From contig JAFIGT010000032.1 of the NCBI GenBank assembly GCA_017849585.1, forward strand, positions 84,027 through 148,026: DNA of 64,000 nucleotides, given 5' to 3'. Positions 27,557-37,243 of this stretch are shown piece by piece; position 1 is the first letter of the stretch; each line of letters starts with the position of its first letter. The stretch is from Verrucomicrobium sp. Its GTDB lineage: Bacteria > Verrucomicrobiota > Verrucomicrobiia > Methylacidiphilales > UBA1321. Made by a program: the position numbers and the translations under genes. The notes below the pieces were generated by a model. The model did not search any database. It was not told the DNA's origin and saw nothing but the letters and a program-made list of their open reading frames with translations.

Positions 27557-30377
27557 AAGGGCGCACGGTCAGTGCCTCGCGTTTTGAAGCGCGAACGGCA
27601 TGCCGTCGGTCCGTGGGGAGGGGCAATTCGACTCGCAAGCGCGAAGGACCGAGAACATAAGTTTTCTCTATGATTCCGTCAGGGCTCGGGAGAAACGCCT
27701 GCCACTCCGGTGCGCTTAGGTCGAGCTGGCCTTCCATTCCCGGCGGTAACTGCACTTCCATGAATCCGGTTTTGTGTTTCGCGGTGGGCATTTGCCAGCT
27801 TACCCGAATGGCTCCGCGTAAGGTGGGGACAGTGCCGGAGGCTTGTGTCATCTCGGGATATAAAGGCCGAGGTGCTACGCGCACGGATCGATAGCCGGGC
27901 TGCGCCGGAGTTACTCCGAGCGCCATGGCTCCGGAGAGATAAAGTGGTGACGAGGCCCATCCGTGACAGGGCGATTTGGTGCGCTCGTGGTATTCGCCTG
28001 GGATGGGGCCGGGATGACGGTGACCGAGGCAGGTCGCACCCGCTTCCATTTGATGCTGATAGGTATCGTGAATCCATTTTCCGAATTTCGGAAAATCGGG
28101 ATGCCTGCACAGAATTTCTGCTGCCCAATGAAAGCTTGGTTCTCCGAGGGTCCAGAGGTCTCGCCGGGGCATTGGGGAGAGCAGGCGCTCGATCAGGTTA
28201 CCTTTTTCCCGCTCGTTCCACAGACCGAGATCGTAGGCCAAAATCTGGGCATGCTGCGAAAAAGTGGTGTTGGGCCGACCTTCCGTGAGGCCGTCCAGAA
28301 TGAGCCGCTGCTGCGGATCGTTGAAGCGTGGATGGGACAAGGCTTCGAGGCATTGCGAGGCTTCTTCACGCAGGGAGGCTTCTTCCTTGCGGCCCAGCGC
28401 ACCGGCGGACTGCGCCAGTAGGCTGACGGCGCGGCGATAGATCGCATTTAGGACGAAGGATTCGCCATTCAGATCGATTTTAGCCCAGTCGACGATGCGC
28501 CATTCCGGTGGATTGAGAAGAGTGCCGCACTTTGTTTTGAACTGCTGGTAATAGCGGTGGGTTTTCAGACAGGCATCGAAAAGGGAGTTTAGAAAATCGA
28601 GGTCACCTGTGTAGAGATAGTATTCCCACGTTCCCATCCAGAATTGCCAGGTCCAGACCGGTAGATTGAATGTGGCGTATGACGGGACCACCGACGGCAG
28701 GCGTCCCGCCTCGTCCACGCTGCGCGCATACAGCTCCCATGTGTAGCGCAAGGGTTGCGGGCTGAAGAGTGAGTAGAAGTAATTGCGGCCGATCCAATGC
28801 GTATCGCCGAGCCAGGCGCAGAATTCACGGAAGGAATCGGAGGAGACCACATCGGTGCGCGAATAGCGGATTGTCTCGCGCGCGGCATCCCAGATGCGAT
28901 TCCATTCGGGATCATTGCAGCGAAATGTGCCCAACTGCTCGCGTTCCGGCAACGGAGCCAACACTTCGGTGACTGAGATTGTCTCGATCTGGCATTCTCC
29001 ATTGGTCGAGAGAAAAAGATAGCGGGCACCGCGCGGCGTAAACAGATTTTGGAAGGACGCTTTCCCGGCGGGTAATCGCACGCGATCCCAATTGAAGACT
29101 TGGGGCGTGCCTTCTTCTGTCGTCTCGTGGCCATAGCCGATTTCCACCTGGGTGGGTTGCGCTGTGGTGAAATGGATCTGATAATGACCGTAACGAAAAC
29201 GGCCCAAATCGAGAATGAGCCCCTCTTGGTGCAGCCACTGACCGCGTGTGAAATTTTTCGGACGCGGATACGGAATGAAATCGCGGAACGAATGCCACGC
29301 ATAAAGGCAATCTGTGCCCACTTGTTTCAGAGGAACGGGAGGTGTGACCGGTGTGAAGCTCCACCTCGCCATCGTCTCGGCGGGGAGTCCGCGGAACTGG
29401 TCAAAGGCCCGTTCCAATCCACGCTCTCCAGTTTTCTGCGCTTGCAGGGCAAAGGGAAGTCCATCGCGGGTGCCAATCAAAACATGTTCGGCATCGCAGG
29501 TGATCAGACGAACTCCGGCCCGCAAATCGGAGCCGCGACAGTGGAATGCGTCCTCTGCCGCATGATGGCCGCAGGGAAATATTTTGCTGATATGGCCGGG
29601 TGCTGTTTCGAGAATGGCGCCCACTCCGCGAATGCCGATGGTGACTTTGGTTTCCGGGTGAATATCGGGAGAAGAGAAGGTCATTTCGACCAGCTGATCG
29701 GCTCCGTCGGAAGGCACGGCAAAAAGCGGGCCGGAGCTTTCGGGCAACGATGGGAAGGCGCCGAGCACGGCGATATCCCGGGAGAGGAAGAGTTCGGTGT
29801 CTTGCAAAGGAGGCACGGGATTCGCAGTCAAGGCGCGGCGCTCCTTTGCCACCGGTTGGGCTGGAGTCCACTCCGACTCTTCGTGCGATGTGATGCGGGT
29901 CCACTCCAGCAGGCTCTCTGTGAGCGGAGATTGATCTTCCAGACAGCCGAGATGCATGTTTACGCGTGGTGAAAAAGGATGGAATCCGGTTTCGCAAGAG
30001 ACTCTCCATTCGGGATTTCTCGTCGACAGATCCATTTCACCGACTGCTCCCTCGAGGCCGAAAACTGGCTCCCCCCGCAGATAACCAAAAGTGTCCACAT
30101 AGAGGTGGCGGACGAGAGCGCACAGAGTGTTCTCCCCGTTGCGCAGCGCGCCGGCCAGATCGTGACGATTCACGGGCAGCGTGTCTGCTAAGTGACGGCC
30201 CGGTCCGCGACCTACCTCGACGCCATTGAGGAAGAGGAGATAATTCGCGTCGGCGGTCACTTCCACGGGAAGGGCGTGGAGCGTGCCGTGAAATTCGAAG
30301 CGGAGACGAAAGCGGGATAGTTCTTGCAGGCGTGAGCCGCGTTGGAGTAAAGGCGATTGAATCAGTTGCATGAGCAT
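27555..30377 (-). CDS. alpha-L-rhamnosidase-related (GH78-like) six-hairpin glycosidase
   Basis: 940 aa. An N-terminal beta-sandwich pattern (LRFEFHG...ANYLLFLNGVEVGRGP) and a C-terminal CHGWASSPLYL motif resemble GH78 family members. No signal peptide is evident. Confidence 0.6.
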   Translation of the reverse strand: MLMQLIQSPLLQRGSRLQELSRFRLRFEFHGTLHALPVEVTADANYLLFLNGVEVGRGPGRHLADTLPVNRHDLAGALRNGENTLCALVRHLYVDTFGYLRGEPVFGLEGAVGEMDLSTRNPEWRVSCETGFHPFSPRVNMHLGCLEDQSPLTESLLEWTRITSHEESEWTPAQPVAKERRALTANPVPPLQDTELFLSRDIAVLGAFPSLPESSGPLFAVPSDGADQLVEMTFSSPDIHPETKVTIGIRGVGAILETAPGHISKIFPCGHHAAEDAFHCRGSDLRAGVRLITCDAEHVLIGTRDGLPFALQAQKTGERGLERAFDQFRGLPAETMARWSFTPVTPPVPLKQVGTDCLYAWHSFRDFIPYPRPKNFTRGQWLHQEGLILDLGRFRYGHYQIHFTTAQPTQVEIGYGHETTEEGTPQVFNWDRVRLPAGKASFQNLFTPRGARYLFLSTNGECQIETISVTEVLAPLPEREQLGTFRCNDPEWNRIWDAARETIRYSRTDVVSSDSFREFCAWLGDTHWIGRNYFYSLFSPQPLRYTWELYARSVDEAGRLPSVVPSYATFNLPVWTWQFWMGTWEYYLYTGDLDFLNSLFDACLKTHRYYQQFKTKCGTLLNPPEWRIVDWAKIDLNGESFVLNAIYRRAVSLLAQSAGALGRKEEASLREEASQCLEALSHPRFNDPQQRLILDGLTEGRPNTTFSQHAQILAYDLGLWNEREKGNLIERLLSPMPRRDLWTLGEPSFHWAAEILCRHPDFPKFGKWIHDTYQHQMEAGATCLGHRHPGPIPGEYHERTKSPCHGWASSPLYLSGAMALGVTPAQPGYRSVRVAPRPLYPEMTQASGTVPTLRGAIRVSWQMPTAKHKTGFMEVQLPPGMEGQLDLSAPEWQAFLPSPDGIIEKTYVLGPSRLRVELPLPTDRRHAVRASKREALTVRP

Positions 30378-30543
30378 GGTGGGAAAGTGGTGAAAAAGCG
30401 TATTTCGCTTTTTGTCGAGAGTATCAAGAAAGCGCGGGACCCATTAGGCCGGTCCAAGTTTTTAACTAGGACTGGTTCGATATTCGAACTGGGTGTCACA
30501 AAATCGCAGGACGCGGATAAGCAATCACAAAAAGGCCAATGTC

Positions 30544-30582
30544 GAATTGGTCCAAATGAAAAGCGCGAATCAGCCTAACCGC
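30544..30582 (+). promoter_or_regulatory. GAATTGG-N16-GAATCAGCCTAACCGC conserved upstream element
   Basis: Aligns with 26559-26597 and with the reverse complement of 33311-33348. It ends about 50 nt upstream of the ATG at 30630. Confidence 0.45.
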
Positions 30583-30629
30583 GTTCACCGAATTCTGGTT
30601 GGATTGGGCCATCACCCAAAACACACCCT

Positions 30630-31424
30630 ATGGAACAAAAGCCTCTTCTTTCGATCATCGGGCAGCTCGGTCTTCTCGGTTTCATGCTCCTGGCCATGCC
30701 CGCTCACGCGCAGACGGTCATTTATCGCGAGACTTTTGGAAATAGCGGTACGACGAATTATCTCCTGAATAATACGACCTATCTGGCCACCGACTGGCAG
30801 GTCTACTATTCGGCGAGCGGGACGAATGGGATGTTGATTCGGGCTGTGGCCTCCAATGCGGCTTCATCTCCGACCAATCTGGACAATGTCGGCACCGGGT
30901 ACACGACGCCCAGCCAGACAAACGGCGTGCTTTATACCGATCAACCCACGGATCCGTATTTCTTTTTTACCACCGGTCATACAGGGAACCTGATCAATGT
31001 CGCGCAGAACCCGGATCTTTCGTTTTCCTGGTATCAGCGGAACAATTCCGCGTCGGATGGATTTCGCGTGGCGGTGCAGGTGGATGGGAGTTGGTATGTC
31101 ACAAGTCAGCTGTTCACATCGACTGCCTCGGTCTGGACGCTGAAAACTTTCGCGTTTACGAACGATGCAGCCGATTGGTGCACGCTGAATTTTACTCCGG
31201 GAACGACTATGAGCGTTGGCAATGTGCTCGGAGCCGATCTTTCATCGAATAATATCACCGGGTTTGGACTGTACTCCGATGTGCGCGGGGCTGGAGGAAG
31301 CAATCGGCTGGATACGTTTACGCTCAGTGTTCCAGAAAGCCGAAGCGCGGTCTTGCTGCTGGGGAGTGTGGTTGGTCTGCTGGCGTGTCAACGCGTGCGC
31401 CGCCGTGCCAGCGTCACGGCGTAA
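30630..31424 (+). CDS. secreted protein, family X paralog 2, with degenerate PEP-CTERM anchor
   Basis: Signal peptide, then the family X conserved blocks. The C-terminus VPESRSAVLLLGSVVGLLACQRVRRR is a PEP-like motif plus TM helix plus Arg tail. Confidence 0.8.
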   Translation: MEQKPLLSIIGQLGLLGFMLLAMPAHAQTVIYRETFGNSGTTNYLLNNTTYLATDWQVYYSASGTNGMLIRAVASNAASSPTNLDNVGTGYTTPSQTNGVLYTDQPTDPYFFFTTGHTGNLINVAQNPDLSFSWYQRNNSASDGFRVAVQVDGSWYVTSQLFTSTASVWTLKTFAFTNDAADWCTLNFTPGTTMSVGNVLGADLSSNNITGFGLYSDVRGAGGSNRLDTFTLSVPESRSAVLLLGSVVGLLACQRVRRRASVTA

Positions 31425-31436
31425 GGCGGGTCGGGC

Positions 31437-32339
31437 CTATTGTTTGGCGGGGCGGAATCGAGCGCGGTATTCCGTGGCGGAAATGCCGAAGTGCGAGCGG
31501 AAGCGTCGGGCGAAATGGTTGGGATCGGCCCAGCCCACTTCGACGGCAATCTCGGAAATGGTCTTATCGGTACGCAGGAGCAGGCGCGAGGCTTGTTCGG
31601 CTCGGACCTGAGTCAGGTAGGTCATGGGCGGGAAGCCCAGGGTCTTGCGGAATAGTCGTCCGAGGTAGGACACATCAATATTGAGTTTTTTGGCCAGGCC
31701 GGAGGAGGTCCATTCGCCGCCGATATCTTCCGCGAGCAGGCACATGGCGCGCTTCACGGCGGAATGAACCGGTTCGCGATCGGATTGCGTTTCGATCTTA
31801 TCCCGGGGAACGGCTTCCGCGAGAGTGACCAGGATGAGAATAAGGTGGCCGATGCGATAGGGACGCGAGCCCGGTGTTTCGACTTCTCCCAAGGCGACGA
31901 GTTCTTTGAGGTGGTGAATGCAGCGGCGCAGCGTATCGGGCTCGAGATGCAGGCGGAAGGTGCCGGTGGGATCATCCGGCGATTGGCGCCAGAGCAGGAA
32001 ATTCAGGGCGGGTTCATCCAGCATCCAGAGCAGTTCGCGACGCAGGAGCGAGGTGCCAAAACAGCAGACGTAGGCGTTGACGTGACTGTTGTTGATGCCC
32101 GCATGCCACGCGCCGGGGCGTAGAAAGACGGCGTCTCCCTTGTTGAAGGAACTTTTGCCATGCGATATCTGTTGCTCGCCGTGCCCCTGGGCGCAGAGCT
32201 GAATTTCCATGAAGTCATGCGCATGGCGCATTTCGTTGCCCTGGCGGTCGGGGAAATGCAGGGCGACGATGGGGACGTGAACGGCGGGAAACGATTCTGT
32301 CCAGCACAGTGTGGGAATATCCGAGGAAGTGTCGTTCAT
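31437..32339 (-). CDS. AraC family transcriptional regulator (cupin sensor + HTH)
   Basis: The C-terminal TISEIAVEVGWADPNHFARRFRSHFGISATEYR is a canonical AraC HTH. Confidence 0.9.
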   Translation of the reverse strand: MNDTSSDIPTLCWTESFPAVHVPIVALHFPDRQGNEMRHAHDFMEIQLCAQGHGEQQISHGKSSFNKGDAVFLRPGAWHAGINNSHVNAYVCCFGTSLLRRELLWMLDEPALNFLLWRQSPDDPTGTFRLHLEPDTLRRCIHHLKELVALGEVETPGSRPYRIGHLILILVTLAEAVPRDKIETQSDREPVHSAVKRAMCLLAEDIGGEWTSSGLAKKLNIDVSYLGRLFRKTLGFPPMTYLTQVRAEQASRLLLRTDKTISEIAVEVGWADPNHFARRFRSHFGISATEYRARFRPAKQ

Positions 32340-32465
32340 GGCTGGCGGATTTCTGGACAGGTGGCCGACTCAATCGAGGTTGCCACAGCCGCATCAAAAC
32401 TGTCCAGTTCCCTTTGTACCAACGGCAGGGGAAGAACGATTCCTGAGATTTAAATGAAAAAGGTT

Positions 32466-33293
32466 TTAGCGGCGGCAACAGCGCGGGAGCCGAAGGCTCA
32501 AGAGGAGGCCAAAAACGGAAACGAGAAGGACTGTGGAGGGTTCCGGGACGGAGCTGATGATCGAGAAATTATCAAAGCGGACGTAGCTTGTGTTGGGATC
32601 GACATAGACGCCAAATCCAGTGATGTTCCCGGTCGGTAGCGTGCCGGTGAGGGACGTTGAATCCACGCCGAGAGTGGAACCGGCGGTGAAGTTCAACAGG
32701 CTCCATTGGGTGGCGTCATTGGTGAAGGTCCACGTTTTTTCCGCCAAGGAGGTCGAGCCCGACGCGGGAGTGGTGAAGAGGGTGTTGGTCACATACCAGT
32801 TTCCTGCCACCTGAACAGTGAGGCGTAATCCATCGGTTGCGTTGGCGTCGCCTTGGAACCAGGAGAAGGTCAATCCCTGCGTCGGATCAATGTCGATCAG
32901 GTTGCCCGCGTGGCCGGTGGTCATGAAGAGCCAGTTGATGTTCATGCTGTCGGTGAAGGCGACGCCATTGGTCTGCGATGTTTCCGTGTATCCCGTGCCG
33001 ATATTGGGCAGCCCTCCGGCACCGGTGGAATTCGCCACGTTGGAGATCACTGACCGCGCGGCGCTGCCATTGATGGCGGTGGTGGTGGAGTAGACTTTCC
33101 AATCGGTGTGAATATTGGTGCTATCGGTCAGATAGGTGTTGCTGCCCTTGGCGTTGCCGAAAGTCTCCCGGTAAATGACTGTGCTGGCGGCGGCAGGCAG
33201 TGGGATCAAGAGCGACCCGGCGAGGAGAATTCCTGCCGACAGAAGGGGGGAGGAGAAGTAGTTCATGGAGGCTGAAGGGCTACGGTTATTCAA
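32466..33293 (-). CDS. secreted protein, family X paralog 3, PEP-CTERM-anchored
   Basis: Family X blocks, then the C-terminus VPEPSTVLLVSVFGLLLSLRLPRCCRR. An alternative start at the ATG at 33266 (MNYFSSPLL...) gives a cleaner signal peptide. Confidence 0.8.
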   Translation of the reverse strand: MNNRSPSASMNYFSSPLLSAGILLAGSLLIPLPAAASTVIYRETFGNAKGSNTYLTDSTNIHTDWKVYSTTTAINGSAARSVISNVANSTGAGGLPNIGTGYTETSQTNGVAFTDSMNINWLFMTTGHAGNLIDIDPTQGLTFSWFQGDANATDGLRLTVQVAGNWYVTNTLFTTPASGSTSLAEKTWTFTNDATQWSLLNFTAGSTLGVDSTSLTGTLPTGNITGFGVYVDPNTSYVRFDNFSIISSVPEPSTVLLVSVFGLLLSLRLPRCCRR

Positions 33294-33310
33294 CCACGGA
33301 CTGTCGAAAG

Positions 33311-33348
33311 CCGTTAGGCTGATTCGTGTCTTTGCGTGGGTCGAATTC
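33311..33348 (-). promoter_or_regulatory. GAATTCG-N16-GAATCAGCCTAACGGC conserved upstream element (minus orientation)
   Basis: The reverse complement reads gaattcgacccacgcaaagacacgaatcagcctaacgg. It lies upstream of the 33293/33266 start. Confidence 0.45.
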
Positions 33349-33372
33349 GACTTCTTTCGATCAGAGGCGGCG

Positions 33373-34527
33373 TCAAAGGTTCAACGCCTTGTCGAGGGGG
33401 AAGGGTTCCCCTTGCCACGCTTTGAGAGAGGTCCATTTTTGATCGGGCTCAGACCAAAAAGGAGCGGACGGTGGCAATCCCAAAGGCAGGAGAACGGTGG
33501 AGCAAAGATAGAGACTGCCTGTCGAAATGTAGCATTCTCCAACGGAGGGTTGAGCGCCACAAAAACCAATGCGCAGCCAGCCTTGGTGGTCGAAAGTGCC
33601 GGGAAATTCGAGCGTGCGGCGCATGACGGCGGTCAGTGCGCAACGGACCTGAGCCGACGGTAAGGTCGGAGGCAGTTGTTGCTGGAGAGCGAGTTGGGCG
33701 AGACTGTGAAACGCCCCGCAACGATAGGCGAGTGATCGTCCCAGCGGGGGATAGGTGCCTTCGGGCGAAATCAAGCGTTCCAGAATTTCCGTGTGGCGTT
33801 GGGCGCGGAGACGAAGCGTGGCTTCAAGTTCGCGAAATTCCGGTTGGTGCGAGACGATATCGAGCAGCATCGGTTGAATGACGAAGCTGTTGTAGTAGTC
33901 GGCATGCAACTGGGGGCCATCGCCATAAAGACCGTCGCCGAGGTACCATTGCTCGTGCTGGCGCAGGGCGTAATCGACGCGCAGGGCGTCCCAATCGGTT
34001 TCACCAAAATGACGCAGGGCGGTTTCAATCATGGCGCTGAAGAGCAGCCAGTTGTTGAAGCTGGGGCGAATGGATCGCACCTGCTTCAACGCTTGAATCA
34101 GGCGAGATTGAACGCGAGCGGGCAGGGGTGTCCACAGGGTCTTGGGGGCACGCAGGAGTGCCTGTGCGAGAAAGGCGGCATCAACCAGTGGTTGCCGTCC
34201 TTTGGTGAAATTCAGGAAGTCGGGGGAGGCGGGATCGGTTGCCTGAGCGAGCGATTGATGGGTCAGTTGACGCCATGGCCGAGATGCGGGTTCATCCAGT
34301 TCCAGCCAAGGGGCCAGCCCCGTGAGCAGGCGGGCGAACGCTTCCAGATGGGTGTTTTCCTCCGCGTGTGTGGAGGGATCTTTTTCGACGGGCATCTGCT
34401 GGCGCAGAGTTCCGGCGGCCAGATTGTGGAGAATCGGACGCGCCAGTTTTTCGGCGGTGAGAATCCAATAGTCGCGGGTGGAGGTGGGCATGGTGGTGGG
34501 TGGGATTTGGTCGCCTGAAAATAGCAC
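33373..34527 (-). CDS. DUF2264-like protein
   Basis: 384 aa. The patterns YW..TAEKLARP, NNWLLFSAMIE, WYLGDGLYGDG, YYNSF and GRSLAYRCGAF resemble DUF2264 as recalled. GTG start at 34527, alternative ATG at 34491. Confidence 0.5.
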   Translation of the reverse strand: MLFSGDQIPPTTMPTSTRDYWILTAEKLARPILHNLAAGTLRQQMPVEKDPSTHAEENTHLEAFARLLTGLAPWLELDEPASRPWRQLTHQSLAQATDPASPDFLNFTKGRQPLVDAAFLAQALLRAPKTLWTPLPARVQSRLIQALKQVRSIRPSFNNWLLFSAMIETALRHFGETDWDALRVDYALRQHEQWYLGDGLYGDGPQLHADYYNSFVIQPMLLDIVSHQPEFRELEATLRLRAQRHTEILERLISPEGTYPPLGRSLAYRCGAFHSLAQLALQQQLPPTLPSAQVRCALTAVMRRTLEFPGTFDHQGWLRIGFCGAQPSVGECYISTGSLYLCSTVLLPLGLPPSAPFWSEPDQKWTSLKAWQGEPFPLDKALNL

Positions 34528-34673
34528 GGGGCAGATTGTAGGCGTTAGGCTGCTTTCGTCCCGCGAATGGGTTCGTTTTGAAGCCGGATGCTCAAATTCC
34601 CATAGTGCTTGCGCAATTCGACTAAGCGTTGCGCGTTTGGTTCGCAGGTGGTTCGGGTTATTTTAAAAGGATC

Positions 34674-36338
34674 ATGCCTGCCAGTCATCTTTACTATTAC
34701 CGTCACCGCGCGCCCTTGCCTCAGCCTCCGACTATTACTGCGGATGTTTGCATATATGGGGGTACCTCCTTGGGTGTCATTGCTGCCGTGGAATTGAAGA
34801 GTCTGGGTTATCGAGTCGTGGTGGTCGAATTTGGGCGGCATCTTGGCGGCCTGAGTTCCGGCGGTTTGGGTGCCACGGATATTGGTAACAAGCAGGCTAT
34901 CGGTGGTCGGTCCCGGCAGTTTTATCGTGATTTGGGTGAATACTATGGGCGTCCGGAGAGTTGGGTGTTTGAGCCTCATGTAGCGGAAGCGCTGTTCAAT
35001 CGTTACATGGCGGAAGCCGATGTGCCCACTTACTTCGAAGAGGCGCTGGCTTCGGTGACCAAGGAGGGGAATCGGATCACGCAAATCGTCATGGAGAACG
35101 GGACGATATTTCGCGCGAAATACTTTGTGGATGCCACTTACGAAGGGGATTTGATGGCGCGCGCGGGCGTGTCCTTCCATGTCGGTCGGGAAAGTAATGA
35201 GGTCTACAAGGAAACCTATAACGGCGTTCATTTTGGTCATCCCAATCACAACTTCAATTGCCATGTCGATCCTTACAAAATGGAGGGCGTGCCCGCCAGC
35301 GGGTTGCTGCACGGTCTGTCGGGGGAAGATCCTGGCCGGCAGGGGGAGGGTGATCATCGGGTCCAGGCTTATAATTTTCGCGTCTGTCTGACGGATCAGG
35401 ATGAGAATCGTTTGCTGTTCCCTTGCCCGGAGCACTATGACCCGGAGCGGTATACCTTGCTTGCGCGTTATTTGAAAAAGGGATACTGGGACGCGCTCAA
35501 TCTTACGATACGCATGCCCAATGGAAAGACCGACACGAATAACTACGGCGGCTTTTCGTCGGATCACATCGGAGGCAATTATCAATGGCCGGACGGCGAC
35601 TACCTCACGCGCGAGGCGATCTTTCAGGATCATGTGTCGTACAATCTCGGGATGTATTATTTCCTGGCGAATGATCCTTCGGTGCCACGATCGATCCGCG
35701 ATGAGGTGAATTGCTGGGGATTACCCAAGGATGAGTTCGTGGAGACGCAAGGCTGGAGTCATCAACTGTACATCCGTGAAGGCCGCCGCATGCTATCCGA
35801 TTACGTCATGACGGAGCATAACGTGGTGGGACGGGAGTATGTCTCCGACTCGATCGGTCTGGCGGCTTATGGCATGGATTCCCATTCCTGCCAGCGGGTT
35901 GTCTTGGGAGGACGCGCCTATAATGAGGGTAACGTCGAGATTCATGGTTTCCGCCCGTACCCGATTGCCTACCGTTCCATTTGTCCTCGCGAACACGAGT
36001 GTGCCAATCTTTTGGTGCCGTGGTGCCTTTCCTCCTCGCATATCGCCTTTGGGTCGATCCGCATGGAGCCGGTGGGGATGGTGCTTGGCCAGTCGGCGGC
36101 CCAGGCGACGGCTCTTGCGTTGAAGGAGGCGTGCCCAGTACAAAAAATTTCCGTTCCGACGTTGCAAAAAAATTTGCGCCATGCCGGACAAATTCTCGAT
36201 CCAGTCCAGGTGGCGTTGCCGAAAATGCAGGTCATTGAGACGGATAGCATCCGTTCTTACAATAAAAGGCCGTCCTTGAAATCTCGCGGGGCTCGCCCGG
36301 TTTTATCTTTGAGCCAGGCGGAAAAACTGGAGACGTGA
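34674..36338 (+). CDS. FAD-dependent oxidoreductase (PF12831-like, CAZyme-cluster associated)
   Basis: Dinucleotide-binding motif DVCIYGGTSLGVIAAVELKSLGYRVVVVEFGRHLGGLSSGGLG. No signal peptide. Confidence 0.8.
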   Translation: MPASHLYYYRHRAPLPQPPTITADVCIYGGTSLGVIAAVELKSLGYRVVVVEFGRHLGGLSSGGLGATDIGNKQAIGGRSRQFYRDLGEYYGRPESWVFEPHVAEALFNRYMAEADVPTYFEEALASVTKEGNRITQIVMENGTIFRAKYFVDATYEGDLMARAGVSFHVGRESNEVYKETYNGVHFGHPNHNFNCHVDPYKMEGVPASGLLHGLSGEDPGRQGEGDHRVQAYNFRVCLTDQDENRLLFPCPEHYDPERYTLLARYLKKGYWDALNLTIRMPNGKTDTNNYGGFSSDHIGGNYQWPDGDYLTREAIFQDHVSYNLGMYYFLANDPSVPRSIRDEVNCWGLPKDEFVETQGWSHQLYIREGRRMLSDYVMTEHNVVGREYVSDSIGLAAYGMDSHSCQRVVLGGRAYNEGNVEIHGFRPYPIAYRSICPREHECANLLVPWCLSSSHIAFGSIRMEPVGMVLGQSAAQATALALKEACPVQKISVPTLQKNLRHAGQILDPVQVALPKMQVIETDSIRSYNKRPSLKSRGARPVLSLSQAEKLET

Positions 36339-37183
36339 CGAAAGCCCAGTTCATAGGCGAGTTCCTTGACTTGTTTGTTTTGGGAGTAGAGAGCAAGTTG
36401 TGCCTGACGCAGGCGTCTGCGGTCCAGATAGTGTTTGGTCGTCGCGCCCAGGTGATGGGCAAAAAGTCTTTCCAGCTGGCTGCGACTCAGGCCAACCTGC
36501 CGGGCCAGCAGGGTATTGGTATAGCGTTGATTGAGGGGCCAGCCGTTGAGCAGGTCCAGGGCGAGCGTCATCCGTTGATCTTCGAAATGGCGCAAATGCG
36601 GGGTGAGTCCCTCGGACGTCAAACAGTGGTACATGGTTTGCATCCAGTTCATCAGGGCTTGTTCAATTTGAAAATAATGAGGCAGGCTCAGTGGCGTGCA
36701 GGCAAAGCTGATGTCGTTGAAAGAGCGGTGGCTAACCCGACATACCATGCGCTGCAGCTTTTCGGCGCAGCGTCGTAGCTCGGGGTATTTGGTCTCCTTG
36801 AAGGTGACGCTCAAACCTTGATCAAACAGTTGCTGGCCGTCCGGCCATTCCGCATGGTAGCGGAGGGAGAGGATCTCCGTATTCGGGGAGAAATTTTGCG
36901 TGCGTGCGATTGGCTTGGGGAAGAGCCATTGTCCCGGTCCCGCGCTGACGCGGCAACCCTCGATGGTCACTTGGGCGTTTCCTTTGAGCACGAGCCAGGC
37001 CGTTGAACCAAGGGGGTCGGGACGGTAGCCCTCGCCGTGGGGCACGATAGGTCCACGATAAAGCCAGATGAGGGAGGTTAATAATTGACACCACAATCGG
37101 GGTGTTCCCGGCGATGGATTAGGATGTTCTGCCGCCGTTACCATGACGTGAAGTATGAGGGCCAATTCGAGTCGAGATGTCAA
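36257..37183 (-). CDS. AraC family transcriptional regulator
   Basis: C-terminal HTH KELAYELGFRHVSSFSAWLKDKTGRAPRDFK. Its 3' end overlaps the convergent FAD oxidoreductase gene by 82 nt. Confidence 0.85.
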   Translation of the reverse strand: MTSRLELALILHVMVTAAEHPNPSPGTPRLWCQLLTSLIWLYRGPIVPHGEGYRPDPLGSTAWLVLKGNAQVTIEGCRVSAGPGQWLFPKPIARTQNFSPNTEILSLRYHAEWPDGQQLFDQGLSVTFKETKYPELRRCAEKLQRMVCRVSHRSFNDISFACTPLSLPHYFQIEQALMNWMQTMYHCLTSEGLTPHLRHFEDQRMTLALDLLNGWPLNQRYTNTLLARQVGLSRSQLERLFAHHLGATTKHYLDRRRLRQAQLALYSQNKQVKELAYELGFRHVSSFSAWLKDKTGRAPRDFKDGLLL

Positions 37184-37243
37184 TCTCGCACAGTGGCACC
37201 GACTCTGGAAAGTCGATGGGCGGGACGCGAGGGCGTCGTCCTT

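Noticed and set aside
29100-29972. 290-aa plus-strand ORF and several 150-240-aa ORFs within 27.6-30.4 kb
   Set aside because: All overlap the 940-aa GH78-like gene, in other frames or on the opposite strand, and have arginine-rich nonsense composition.
34545-35633. 362-aa minus-strand ORF
   Set aside because: It lies entirely antisense to the FAD oxidoreductase gene, which has a clear dinucleotide-binding motif. Its R/I/T-rich composition is typical of a shadow ORF.
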